Virus record (IMG/VR): IMGVR_UViG_3300028361_000018
DNA length: 27,924 nucleotides
From: a virus
Taxonomy: Duplodnaviria > Heunggongvirae > Uroviricota > Caudoviricetes
Direction: 5' to 3' (one strand)
Part shown: piece by piece, positions 6,354-15,352 of the stretch
Layout: every line of letters begins with the position of its first letter
How positions within the stretch are numbered: the stretch's first letter is position 1
Position numbers and translations under genes: made by a program
The notes under the pieces: model-generated
Told to the model about the DNA's origin: nothing
Database searches by the model: none
What the model saw: only the letters and a program-made list of their open reading frames with translations

Positions 6354-6932
6354 ATGAAAACTAACAAAACAACAGAGAATACAGCAATGCGTACATTCAT
6401 ATCGTCTGATTTGCACCTGGGGCACCGAAATATTCAAAAGTTTTGTCCTAAGACACGCGGTCACTACACTGACGTAGATAACATGAACGAAGAAATGGTG
6501 CGTGAGTGGAACACTATGATCAACACAGACGACCTTGTGTACATCTTAGGTGATGTTGCGTTTATGCCAGCACCTAAGGCAGTTACATTCTTAAAGCGCA
6601 TGAACGGCCGTAAGATTCTCGTAGAAGGAAATCACGATCAGAAGCAGCTCAAGGACAACAGCTTTCGTGCCTGCTTTGAAGAAATTCACAAGTACCTAGA
6701 CATTCGTTACGCTGATCGAAAGATTGTGATGTTTCACTATCCTATCCATTTTGAATGGGATCAAGCGCATCGAGGATCAATTCACTTTCATGGCCACTTG
6801 CATGGAAGTCCGTCAGGTCTGGAAGGGCACCGAGCACGAGATGTAGGTTACGACGCCACTGGACAAATAGCAATGCTAATGGAAGACGCTATTGCTAGCG
6901 TTGCTAACGGTAAACTACCAGAACACCACTAA
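6354..6932 (+). CDS. calcineurin-like metallophosphoesterase
   Basis: SDLHLGH, LGDV, GNHD, FHYP and FHGHLH motifs. Confidence 0.9.
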   Translation: MKTNKTTENTAMRTFISSDLHLGHRNIQKFCPKTRGHYTDVDNMNEEMVREWNTMINTDDLVYILGDVAFMPAPKAVTFLKRMNGRKILVEGNHDQKQLKDNSFRACFEEIHKYLDIRYADRKIVMFHYPIHFEWDQAHRGSIHFHGHLHGSPSGLEGHRARDVGYDATGQIAMLMEDAIASVANGKLPEHH

Positions 6933-7546
6933 GAAAGCAGGTGTTTACAATTGGAACCATGCCAGCGGTTATAGTTTACTGTAACCGCTGTTATGCCACA
7001 ATGTTCGCAAGTCCACCGAGGGTAACTTTTACGTGACTCAATGAGTTTTTGTTTAGTTTCTTCACTCCTTTTACTACCTAAATTAGCTTGTCTAGTCTTT
7101 TCTATGCTTTCCGGAGAGTTCTTCCTTCCTGTCCGAGACTTGCTCATTTTAGCACGAGTATCGTCAGATGTTACTTGAAGTGCTCTTTTTGCTCGTATCT
7201 TCGCCTTTGTTTCTTCTGGCATCGGATTATCCTTCCATCGTCGATAAGCTGCTTGGCTCTTCTTTTTTCGATTCCCTAGTGACTGTACTGCTCCAGCGGC
7301 ACCCTCTCCACCGTCTGTCCTATTTCTTAAGATTCCAGTACCTATGTCTTTTCGCCCGTGCCACCTTATCACGCGCCGCTCGATCGCCAGCGCACCTAAG
7401 TCTGTTAAATTTGATTCTATAATGACAATGCGAGACAAGTCCGAAGGTATTTGGACTAGGTGGTTAGCAAGATACCGATTGCCCTTGCCGATGTAATACG
7501 GAGTTCCGTCTTTTCTCAAGTATGCGTACACATAATAAATAGTCAT
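6929..7546 (-). mobile_element. GIY-YIG homing endonuclease with NUMOD3 repeats (antisense insertion)
   Basis: [27 protein letters not shown]; four NUMOD3-like repeats ([33 protein letters not shown]); C-terminal CEHC...WHGSNC; only minus-strand gene in the left 23 kb. Confidence 0.85.
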
Positions 7547-7612
7547 GCTGATAGTTCCTTATTAACTGTTAGAGTCCTTGGATATTTCCGTACCGCGAAG
7601 GACATTTTTCTC

Positions 7613-7641
7613 TTGACACCGATCGTTTCTAGTGCTATACT
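7613..7641 (+). promoter_or_regulatory. sigma70-type early promoter
   Basis: TTGACA(7613-7618)-17-TATACT(7636-7641). Confidence 0.85.
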
Positions 7642-7649
7642 TATTTATA
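7642..7649 (-). promoter_or_regulatory. T4-type late promoter TATAAATA driving the endonuclease
   Basis: + strand TATTTATA = TATAAATA on the - strand, ~95 nt upstream of ATG 7546. Confidence 0.7.
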
Positions 7650-7685
7650 GTACTTGTAACTAATTACGGAGTGAGACGATAAAGA

Positions 7686-7904
7686 TTGGCTAAAGATCTG
7701 CTAGGCAGGGAAATTAAAGTAGGCGATTATGTAATCTTTCATAATCGCCTATATGAAGTTAAACAAACCTGTCAGCGCAGTTCTATATCAATTGAACTAG
7801 TAGAAAAATTAAAAACAACTCGAGCAGTTAGAAAACAAGCAAACCAAACTTGTATTGTATCTAAAGGCGATGTAATGAAATGGTTATTAACCAAAGGTAA
7901 CTAA
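7686..7904 (+). CDS. hypothetical protein, 72 aa (SH3/KOW-like start)
   Basis: TTG start after GGAG; DLLGREIKVGDYVIF pattern. Confidence 0.75.
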   Translation: MAKDLLGREIKVGDYVIFHNRLYEVKQTCQRSSISIELVEKLKTTRAVRKQANQTCIVSKGDVMKWLLTKGN

Positions 7905-7922
7905 AATGGATACACAACAATA

Positions 7923-8255
7923 ATGATAGAACTACACATTCTCATAATACTAGTGATCATGCACTTCATAGCAGACTTTGTCTTTCAAACGGACAAGATT
8001 GCTATAAATAAAAGTCACAACAATTGGATACTAGCCAAGCATGTTGGGCTCTACGCTCTGCCGTTTCTAGTGTTTGGCGTATTCTACGCACTGGTTAACG
8101 CAGTGTTGCACTTTGCCACAGACTACTGCTCTAGCAGAATTGCTAGTCACTTTTGGAGCAACGATCAACGGCACTGGTTCTTTGTGACCATCGGCGCCGA
8201 CCAGGCAATTCATATGATTTGTCTGTTTACTACCTATGTTTGGCTAATCGCCTAA
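7923..8255 (+). CDS. DUF3307-like membrane protein
   Basis: HFIADFVFQT...KS...H...HFATD...DQAIH conserved His/Asp pattern with hydrophobic segments. Confidence 0.8.
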   Translation: MIELHILIILVIMHFIADFVFQTDKIAINKSHNNWILAKHVGLYALPFLVFGVFYALVNAVLHFATDYCSSRIASHFWSNDQRHWFFVTIGADQAIHMICLFTTYVWLIA

Positions 8256-8265
8256 GGAGAAATAT

Positions 8266-8559
8266 ATGTTCGCACACTATCATAAGTCAGGTAATCAGCT
8301 CAGTCAGGCAATGCTTGATGACAATGTAGAAGAACTGCTAAAATTATACAGGGGCGAGAGCCGTATGCTATCCCAGCGCATAGTCAATGATGTACTAGAG
8401 CTATTAGCACACAACGCCCCTGTTAACAATAATCAAGCAAGTAGGGAAGAACTGGCACTAATGTTTGTTCACAGGTTACTGGACTCTTACCCATTGAAAG
8501 CTGCTGTGGACGCAGCGTATACATTAGCTGACGAAATTATTGAGCAACGACATATTTGA
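8266..8559 (+). CDS. hypothetical protein, 97 aa
   Basis: AAGGAG RBS; ORF track. Confidence 0.8.
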   Translation: MFAHYHKSGNQLSQAMLDDNVEELLKLYRGESRMLSQRIVNDVLELLAHNAPVNNNQASREELALMFVHRLLDSYPLKAAVDAAYTLADEIIEQRHI

Positions 8560-8594
8560 TGTGGTAACTATAATTCATTGAAGAGGCAGAGATA

Positions 8595-8933
8595 ATGGGC
8601 AAGGCAAATTGGCGTGCTATTGCTGTTGATCGACCGTTTATACACAACGGACCAATATCCAATCCCGAACAGAGAACAACTCCAGCAATGGCGTATTATC
8701 GCACAGAGGCGCTTGCTCAACTGGACAGCGGAAAAGCGGGTGACGGAGGAGAAGTGAAAATGGCAGACTTTGTTTACACAACTGATGATAATCGCGTTAT
8801 TAAAAACAGACTGGGCTCAGTTGCCGAACTTTACGAACGCGCATTAAAATACGACCAACTAAGGTCTCACCCAGACGCAAGAGTAAGATCGGCGCTGGAT
8901 AAAGTCCTAACACTTGCTGCACTGCTTGATTAA
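8595..8933 (+). CDS. hypothetical protein, 112 aa
   Basis: ORF track; GAGG upstream. Confidence 0.75.
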   Translation: MGKANWRAIAVDRPFIHNGPISNPEQRTTPAMAYYRTEALAQLDSGKAGDGGEVKMADFVYTTDDNRVIKNRLGSVAELYERALKYDQLRSHPDARVRSALDKVLTLAALLD

Positions 8934-8953
8934 GAAAATACTAAGGTCATATT

Positions 8954-9502
8954 ATGAAAATTAAAGATTTACTTAAAGAAGGACTCTCTCCTGTACTATT
9001 TCATGCTACCAGTCTGAAGGGGTTTGACGGAATGATGCGGTCTAATGAGATTAAGCTAAGCCGTGATTCTGCTGCTAGAAATAGATACTACATTTCATTC
9101 TCCAGAAACAAGGCAAACGGATTTATACCTTACCTTCTTTCCTTAGGGAACGAAGCAGAAGAGGAAGCATTTGACCCCAGAAATGATGCATTTGTTGTGG
9201 TTGAATTTTCTGGGGTCAAACTAGGACAGAATTATAGCGGTGCTGCATTCAACACGTTTCATGATCCTGACGAACCCGACGAAACAGATCACACAGCGCC
9301 AGACTTTATGGAAGACAGACTATACAACAATAAACCAATTATTCCAAATGCTAAAAAATATATTGTTGGCCTTTCTTTGATCACAAACGGAATCAAGGTC
9401 AACGATAGAGCTATTGTTCAATTTATTGAAAGATACGGTGAAAAGTTTAAGTATTACGAAAGCACTGAATCTTATACTGCTAATAAACAAAAATCCTCTT
9501 GA
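8954..9502 (+). CDS. hypothetical protein, possible ADP-ribosyltransferase-fold
   Basis: LFHATS ... YISFSRN ... FMEDRL in ART beta1/beta2/beta5 order; MKIKDLLKE leader. Confidence 0.6.
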   Translation: MKIKDLLKEGLSPVLFHATSLKGFDGMMRSNEIKLSRDSAARNRYYISFSRNKANGFIPYLLSLGNEAEEEAFDPRNDAFVVVEFSGVKLGQNYSGAAFNTFHDPDEPDETDHTAPDFMEDRLYNNKPIIPNAKKYIVGLSLITNGIKVNDRAIVQFIERYGEKFKYYESTESYTANKQKSS

Positions 9503-9526
9503 CATAGTGCTAATTTATGCTATAAT
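9499..9526 (+). promoter_or_regulatory. sigma70-type promoter with extended -10
   Basis: TTGACA(9499-9504)-16-TATAAT(9521-9526), preceded by TGC. Confidence 0.8.
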
Positions 9527-9558
9527 TTATTAATACAAATTAGGAAAGAGGATACTAT

Positions 9559-10473
9559 ATGTCGTTTCAGGCACAATTAAAAGAGTACGTCCGAGATAAT
9601 CCAAAGTCGGTCTCGATGAAGCCGTGCGGTGACGGGATTTACATTCTTAAATATAAAAAATCTGTATTTTATAAAGGAACTTGGAATGAGTACCTTGAAG
9701 AGTGTCGCGGCACTATTGTTGACGAGGACTTTAACGTTGTATCTCGGCCATTTACTAAGATTTACAACTACGGAGTTGAAGCAAAATCGCCTATATTAGC
9801 AGACGACACTCCTGTTACTGCATACCGCAAAGTTAACGGATTTATGGTGGCAATGACATGGCACGACGATGATATTTTAGTATCAACTACCGGCAGTACA
9901 TCTAGCCCGTTTGTTGATTACGCAAAGGAAATTATGCTCAAGCACCAAAGCTGGTCAGCGTGGCAAGCCGCTATTAAGATGAACACAGGGTTTACGATGA
10001 TGTTTGAGTGTGTTCACCCAAACGATCCGCACATTGTACCAGAAGACGTAGGCATGTATCTGATCGGATGGCGCGCTAACACTTGGGATAGCCCAGCAAT
10101 AGGTTATGGCGGCGAAATTGCCAAGACTTGGAGAGAGTTTGCGCTTACTTGCTTGAGCTGCGGATACGCAGAATCGTTTGACACCACAGTAGGCGAGCTT
10201 GTGGCACTTAGTAAGACTGTAAAACACGAAGGGTTTGTCGCTTATACACAGGACGGGCAATCTTTTAAAATCAAAAGCCCCTACTACTTGGTTGCAAAAT
10301 ATGTGTCTCGCAACCCAAAAACAGACAAGTTATTGACGCAAAAAGCCAAGCAAATTGTATCCGAAGAGTACTATCCGCTAATCGACCACTTGCGCGGCAA
10401 CATCAATGCGTTTACTGTTCTTAGTGAGCAGGACCGTTTACAATATGTAAGAGAATATCTAGAAGCACAATGA
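9559..10473 (+). CDS. rnlA: RNA ligase, T4 Rnl1-like
   Basis: RPFTKIYN, YRKVNGFM (motif I), MFECVHPNDPHI (III), HEGFV (IV), FKIKSPYY (V). Confidence 0.8.
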   Translation: MSFQAQLKEYVRDNPKSVSMKPCGDGIYILKYKKSVFYKGTWNEYLEECRGTIVDEDFNVVSRPFTKIYNYGVEAKSPILADDTPVTAYRKVNGFMVAMTWHDDDILVSTTGSTSSPFVDYAKEIMLKHQSWSAWQAAIKMNTGFTMMFECVHPNDPHIVPEDVGMYLIGWRANTWDSPAIGYGGEIAKTWREFALTCLSCGYAESFDTTVGELVALSKTVKHEGFVAYTQDGQSFKIKSPYYLVAKYVSRNPKTDKLLTQKAKQIVSEEYYPLIDHLRGNINAFTVLSEQDRLQYVREYLEAQ

Positions 10474-10637
10474 CTGAGGAATATCGTCGCAGTAATAGAG
10501 AAACAGCTAAGCAGCCAAGACAGGCGATTGCTTGGTGTAACCGATGCGACGCGTATTACGGTCCAGTTTTTGGTAAGTGTCCTGTATGTGGGCTTAAAAA
10601 TAAATCCAAGTTTAAAAAAGAAACTAATGCGAGGTAA
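10470..10637 (+). CDS. small Zn-ribbon protein, 55 aa (below ORF-track cutoff)
   Basis: MTEEYRRSNRETAKQPRQAIAWCNRCDAYYGPVFGKCPVCGLKNKSKFKKETNAR; ATGA overlap with the ligase stop. Confidence 0.8.
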   Translation: MTEEYRRSNRETAKQPRQAIAWCNRCDAYYGPVFGKCPVCGLKNKSKFKKETNAR

Positions 10638-10639
10638 GT

Positions 10640-10816
10640 ATGGTCCAGGTTTATGTAGTTATAGCTTCATTGCAGTACAAGTACGACTCGGAGCAATATC
10701 ATGAGATTATAGGAGTAGCTAACTCTGCTGCCGGAGCTCGAAAGCTTGAGAAAGCTGCAAATGCGCGAGAAGAAGTTATTGACGTTGACACTGAACTGGT
10801 TGAGGTAACAGAATGA
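10640..10816 (+). CDS. hypothetical protein, 58 aa (below ORF-track cutoff)
   Basis: MVQVYVVIASLQYKYDSEQYHEIIGVANSAAGARKLEKAANAREEVIDVDTELVEVTE; GAGGT RBS; ATGA overlap downstream. Confidence 0.8.
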   Translation: MVQVYVVIASLQYKYDSEQYHEIIGVANSAAGARKLEKAANAREEVIDVDTELVEVTE

Positions 10817-11037
10817 AAATATTCTTTTTTAAGCAAGGCTCAAGCGGCCGGTCTGTTCCTTATGAATCTGTCAGTGAACCTTTTAATTCAAATAACGGCG
10901 TAAAGTTTATGGCTGTTAATCTTCAAACCGGTAAATTAACTACCGTATCTATAAGTTCAATTGACTGTCATGAAGTATATACTGAACGGATGCACGAAAC
11001 ATTTATGAACATTCTTAACAATATGAAGGACCAGTAG
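10813..11037 (+). CDS. hypothetical protein, 74 aa
   Basis: ORF track; GAGGT RBS. Confidence 0.75.
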   Translation: MKIFFFKQGSSGRSVPYESVSEPFNSNNGVKFMAVNLQTGKLTTVSISSIDCHEVYTERMHETFMNILNNMKDQ

Positions 11038-11038
11038 A

Positions 11039-11455
11039 ATGCAGCATATATACGACGATCCGGAGCATACTAAAGACAGATTGATCATTGAGGCTATTGC
11101 CTTTATGCAGGCAGTGATTGCTGAATACGGTGCTGAGAAAGGAGAACAAATGTGGGACACTATTGTACTTACTCTTGACCCCAGTGTGAAACGCCAGATA
11201 CTAGTGAAGATGATTACCGGCGACTTTGTAGGTAAGGTTGTTATTAGAGGTTATCGAGGCGAGCGGCGACTAGTTCACGCAATCAAGGCAATTCGAACAA
11301 TTACAGGACTAGGTCTTAAAGAAGCAAAAGATTTAGCTGACAGGGCATACGGTACCAACAGCCAAGGTGGTCTCCCTACAGAAATTCAAGTAGATTCACA
11401 TAAGCGTCGAGACGCAATTAAAGAATTAGAGGCAGCAGGATGTATAGTGCTATAA
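11039..11455 (+). CDS. protein with C-terminal ribosomal protein L7/L12 CTD-like domain
   Basis: HAIKAIRTITGLGLKEAKDLAD ... AIKELEAAGC matches the bL12 CTD; N-terminal ~65 aa are not L12-like. Confidence 0.8.
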   Translation: MQHIYDDPEHTKDRLIIEAIAFMQAVIAEYGAEKGEQMWDTIVLTLDPSVKRQILVKMITGDFVGKVVIRGYRGERRLVHAIKAIRTITGLGLKEAKDLADRAYGTNSQGGLPTEIQVDSHKRRDAIKELEAAGCIVL

Positions 11456-12189
11456 AGCAGTCAGCAGAATATATGTTGGTTAAAGAATTTTACGGTGATA
11501 AGATTTCTTGTCGCTCAGAGGTTCCGTTGATCAATCACATTAACGAAGGTATTATTATTCTTGAAGACATGGAGGCAGAATATCACGCAGCTACCGCATT
11601 CTGCCTTCACCCGTTGCTACAAGCAGACGAGGACCTAGTAGCAAACCTTGACAAAGTACTAGCTATCGCTAGTCCTCGCGCAGTTGCTCTAGCCTTAGAA
11701 TATCGCAGCGTGGCTAACGAATATCTTAGCCCCAAAGTAAACTTCGGCCACGAAATACGGTTAAGTCCTATCCAAGCAGTTAACGACATGCTGATTGCTG
11801 ACAAGGTACAAAACCGTAAAGACTTTTATACCTATCATTGGCCCGATCACCCGAGATCAAAAGAGTTAGAACAGTACTTTCGAGAGTGGATGGAAGTACT
11901 AGGCGTAGAAGTTGACGACTACGTTTACTTTTGTGCAGCAATTGACGCAAACAAGCACCACGAAAGTGAGATATCTCAACTGCGCAACAAGGTGAAAGTA
12001 TACGAAGATGTATTACACACAATCCAGATGAACGCTGAAGTAGTAGGTGACCCTGAAAAAGTAGAAAAACTTATCAAGGGGATATGCAACTGGAGTTACA
12101 CACAGCGCTCAGGCAATGGGGAGCTTAGCGAACAAGAGCAAGATGAACGCATTGCTCAATCTCTTAACACACTTAAATTCTTACGCTAA
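11440..12189 (+). CDS. hypothetical two-domain protein; N-terminal part resembles a degenerate HD (Mesh1/SpoT-like) domain
   Basis: PLINHINEG...AFCLHP...MLIADKVQN; separate ~80-aa C-terminal segment. Confidence 0.7.
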   Translation: MYSAIKQSAEYMLVKEFYGDKISCRSEVPLINHINEGIIILEDMEAEYHAATAFCLHPLLQADEDLVANLDKVLAIASPRAVALALEYRSVANEYLSPKVNFGHEIRLSPIQAVNDMLIADKVQNRKDFYTYHWPDHPRSKELEQYFREWMEVLGVEVDDYVYFCAAIDANKHHESEISQLRNKVKVYEDVLHTIQMNAEVVGDPEKVEKLIKGICNWSYTQRSGNGELSEQEQDERIAQSLNTLKFLR

Positions 12190-12198
12190 GGACACAGT

Positions 12199-12504
12199 AT
12201 GACTACGCTAAAGAAACTGCTTAAAAAACGCAAACGTCTCAACAAACTGCTCGAGTATCAAGAGCGCGGAATTATAAATATGTCAGGAAACTACCGCACA
12301 CACGTTGAGGAGGAGTATCATAGAACACAGCTTAAATTAGAGAAAGCAGAACGCAGGATCAGAATAGAGGAATGGCGACATGATTCAGAGGAGCTAGAAG
12401 CATTACACATGAACCTTGATGATGCAAGAGTGCCAAGATACGACGATAAACGCCAAGAAGAATTGAGCGTCTGGGGCAGAGTAGTTCGTTTCAAAAACGG
12501 TTGA
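12199..12504 (+). CDS. hypothetical protein, 101 aa
   Basis: AAGGA RBS; stop TGA lies inside the next -35 box. Confidence 0.8.
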   Translation: MTTLKKLLKKRKRLNKLLEYQERGIINMSGNYRTHVEEEYHRTQLKLEKAERRIRIEEWRHDSEELEALHMNLDDARVPRYDDKRQEELSVWGRVVRFKNG

Positions 12505-12529
12505 CACTTTCTCTATGTGAGCATATACT
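12501..12529 (+). promoter_or_regulatory. sigma70-type early promoter
   Basis: TTGACA(12501-12506)-17-TATACT(12524-12529). Confidence 0.85.
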
Positions 12530-12560
12530 TATAGTACATTAATTACATAGAGAAAGAATT

Positions 12561-13337
12561 ATGCCACGCATCAAAGCCTACAAGGGCAACCGATCAATTA
12601 TTCCGGTTAGTACAGCCAAGCTAAGCACAGCGTTTCTGTGCCCGTGGACTAAAAAAATCTTCGGAACCAAGCGGCAATATGTTGCTCATCTCAAAGCACT
12701 TAGAGGTTCACGTATGCACGCCAGAGCAAAGACCGTACATTACAACAAGATTCGAGAAAACTTCAATAATCAACCTACTTTTGAAAAAGTAATTGAATGG
12801 ATTGAACTGCATCCAGAGTTTTTCTTTGATACTTACGTTATGAGAGATCCGTTTCTGCGCCACGAACATACTGCTAAAACGCTAGCTTACCTGCGAGAAA
12901 ACCTTGAAATAAAAATTGTGGGTCTTAGCCTGCGCTGGAATCCAAACGTCTCAAATACTCACAACTGTCCGCACAACGGCGTTACAAACTGGTGCGATCG
13001 AACAGAAGGTGCGCCGCGGGGGTACCCAGGTTGGTATGGAAGAATTGAATTTACGACTAAAATTATTAATCCAGATACTGGCATAGCCAGTATTCGCCGC
13101 AGCATCGGCGGCCGCTGCTTTGAAGGCACTGGAGTTCATACTGGAACGGGTGGTGGTGGTAACGTTTTCGGGTACGAAGCATTCTTCTTTGACGCCGACT
13201 GGCCAGAGATAGCACACATACACGATAAAGTAGTTGTAATGGACGCACTTAAAGGCAAGGTCTACAATCCAAGTAACAACAACGGCCTACATCATTTCCG
13301 ATATTCAGCTGCTGAAAAAATAGAGACAAAAGTATGA
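12561..13337 (+). CDS. hypothetical phage protein, 258 aa
   Basis: ORF track; Gly/Trp-rich GVTNW...GYPGWYGRI core. Confidence 0.85.
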   Translation: MPRIKAYKGNRSIIPVSTAKLSTAFLCPWTKKIFGTKRQYVAHLKALRGSRMHARAKTVHYNKIRENFNNQPTFEKVIEWIELHPEFFFDTYVMRDPFLRHEHTAKTLAYLRENLEIKIVGLSLRWNPNVSNTHNCPHNGVTNWCDRTEGAPRGYPGWYGRIEFTTKIINPDTGIASIRRSIGGRCFEGTGVHTGTGGGGNVFGYEAFFFDADWPEIAHIHDKVVVMDALKGKVYNPSNNNGLHHFRYSAAEKIETKV

Positions 13338-13717
13338 GCACCGCAAAACTGTATTTTATAGCGGGCGACTACTTCGCCACAGGCGAGGGTATGACCGTGG
13401 CAACAATGATCACGCTGGCTAGACCGCGCACCGGGCGGGACTACACTATCGAACCTGACTTCGACCTAGAAACCATGGTGTATTCGCCAGGTGTGCTTAA
13501 GCATACACAAAAAGAAGTTGCGCTGATTGAGTTTCGAGAGCAATTCAACGGGCTAGTAGGTCTATGTGCTGAAGTACTACCAGAACAAGAGTTTATGGAT
13601 AGATACAGTAACCAACTTCCGCCAGCAGTTACAAACTTTATATATCTTTGGAACGAACAAGGGCCAAATGCTGGTAACTATAAATGGCATGGTGAAATGC
13701 ATGTAAACTACTCATGA
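13334..13717 (+). CDS. hypothetical protein, 127 aa
   Basis: ATGA overlaps. Confidence 0.8.
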   Translation: MSTAKLYFIAGDYFATGEGMTVATMITLARPRTGRDYTIEPDFDLETMVYSPGVLKHTQKEVALIEFREQFNGLVGLCAEVLPEQEFMDRYSNQLPPAVTNFIYLWNEQGPNAGNYKWHGEMHVNYS

Positions 13718-14007
13718 ATACTGTTACAAAGACGTGGTCGTTAGAGTGGCAAGGACAAGATGCTAACGATATAAAATGGCTGAGTATGCATGTTAATAGT
13801 GCAGAAATTATATACTCAAGTTATCAACCGTTTCCGCACATGGATAAGGTGCCGATTGTGTGGGAATCCCACATATTGTGCACTACAGTGCTAGACAACC
13901 AAGAGTTACTGCTTGTTCTTAAGTACAGTGACGCAGTACTAACTAATGTCAGTACAGAGGATATACGCAGCGGTGAATATCCTGTAGTATATACACTTAC
14001 ACAATAA
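13714..14007 (+). CDS. hypothetical protein, 97 aa
   Basis: ATGA overlap. Confidence 0.75.
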   Translation: MNTVTKTWSLEWQGQDANDIKWLSMHVNSAEIIYSSYQPFPHMDKVPIVWESHILCTTVLDNQELLLVLKYSDAVLTNVSTEDIRSGEYPVVYTLTQ

Positions 14008-14016
14008 GGAAATAAA

Positions 14017-15342
14017 ATGAGAACTCAACCACAAGATATCATCGCTCGGCTAGAAGCAGACCCTAGCAAGCTAGCCAAGCAAGCAATTATCCAAGAAGCA
14101 GTAGAAGAGAATCTCACAGAGTTCTTTGACGGGCTGCGAATGGCACTAGATACGCTGTATACATTTGGCGTAAAGAAAGTACCAGTTAAAGAAGAAGCAG
14201 GCGGACAAGGACTTCCGTGGGAGGCGTTTGTTTACTTGGCAGAAAAGTTACACAGCCGTGAACTAACAGGTCACGCAGCTCGTGATGCTATCCTATTGTC
14301 AATGGACACTGCTACACAAGAACAGTGGAATGGATACTACCGTCGTATTTTGATTAAAGATCTGCGCTGCGGAATGAGTGAAAAGACAGTGAACAAGGTA
14401 TGCAAAGCAGCCAAGCGTGAAGACCTTGGCATTCCCATATTTTCTTGTCAATTAGCACACGACTCAGCTAACCACGAAAAAAAGATGAAGGGCAAGAAGC
14501 TGTTGGACGTAAAGTTAGATGGTTGCCGTATGTTAGCAATTGTTAATCCTAATGGCACTGCTGAAACGTTTAGTCGCAACGGCAAAGAATTTACTAACTT
14601 TCCCAAGCTAATTTCGCAGTTTGAAGAATATGCATCTATGCTAGAAGAACCAATGGTGTTTGACGGTGAAGTTATGAGTGGTTCGTTTCAGGATCTAATG
14701 AAGCAGGTCCACCGCAAGGACAACGCACAAACAGATGATGCTAAGTTTTGCGTGTTCGATATGATTCCACTAAAAGACTTCCTACAAGGTAAGTACGAAG
14801 TGCCGCAGTGGCAGCGAGCAGAAGCTCTTGCAAAAACCCTAGACCGAGCTTATAGTAAGGGTATGCTAGAAAACGTAGAGCAAGTAGACCACGAGGAAGT
14901 TGACCTAGATACCGAAGAAGGACAAACTACGTTTGCTAACATCAACAGATCAGCGCTAGAGCTCGGGCTCGAAGGTATTATGGTCAAAGACCCAGACGCT
15001 ATTTACGAATGTAAACGATCACACGCTTGGCTCAAGATGAAACCGTTTATTGAACTTACACTAACTATAGTAGGTGCAGAAGAAGGCACAGGCAAAAACC
15101 TAGGCAAACTGGGTGCATTTGTTTTTGAAGGCGTCGACGACGGAAAACTGATCCGCGTAAACGTGGGCGGCGGGTATTCCGACAAGCAACGCGAAGACTA
15201 CTGGAAATACAAGGACGAAGCAATAGGTCTACTGGGTGAAGTACGAGCAGACGCAGTAACGCAGAATCAAGACGGTAGCTACTCTTTACGCTTTCCAAGA
15301 TTCAAAACATTCCGTGGGCATGTGGCCGGCGAGAAACTGTAA
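14017..15342 (+). CDS. lig: ATP-dependent DNA ligase
   Basis: DVKLDGCR (I), VFDGEV (III), FCVFDMI (IIIa), EGIMVKD (IV), WLKMK (V), SLRFPRF (VI). Confidence 0.95.
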   Translation: MRTQPQDIIARLEADPSKLAKQAIIQEAVEENLTEFFDGLRMALDTLYTFGVKKVPVKEEAGGQGLPWEAFVYLAEKLHSRELTGHAARDAILLSMDTATQEQWNGYYRRILIKDLRCGMSEKTVNKVCKAAKREDLGIPIFSCQLAHDSANHEKKMKGKKLLDVKLDGCRMLAIVNPNGTAETFSRNGKEFTNFPKLISQFEEYASMLEEPMVFDGEVMSGSFQDLMKQVHRKDNAQTDDAKFCVFDMIPLKDFLQGKYEVPQWQRAEALAKTLDRAYSKGMLENVEQVDHEEVDLDTEEGQTTFANINRSALELGLEGIMVKDPDAIYECKRSHAWLKMKPFIELTLTIVGAEEGTGKNLGKLGAFVFEGVDDGKLIRVNVGGGYSDKQREDYWKYKDEAIGLLGEVRADAVTQNQDGSYSLRFPRFKTFRGHVAGEKL

Positions 15343-15352
15343 GGAGATTAAT

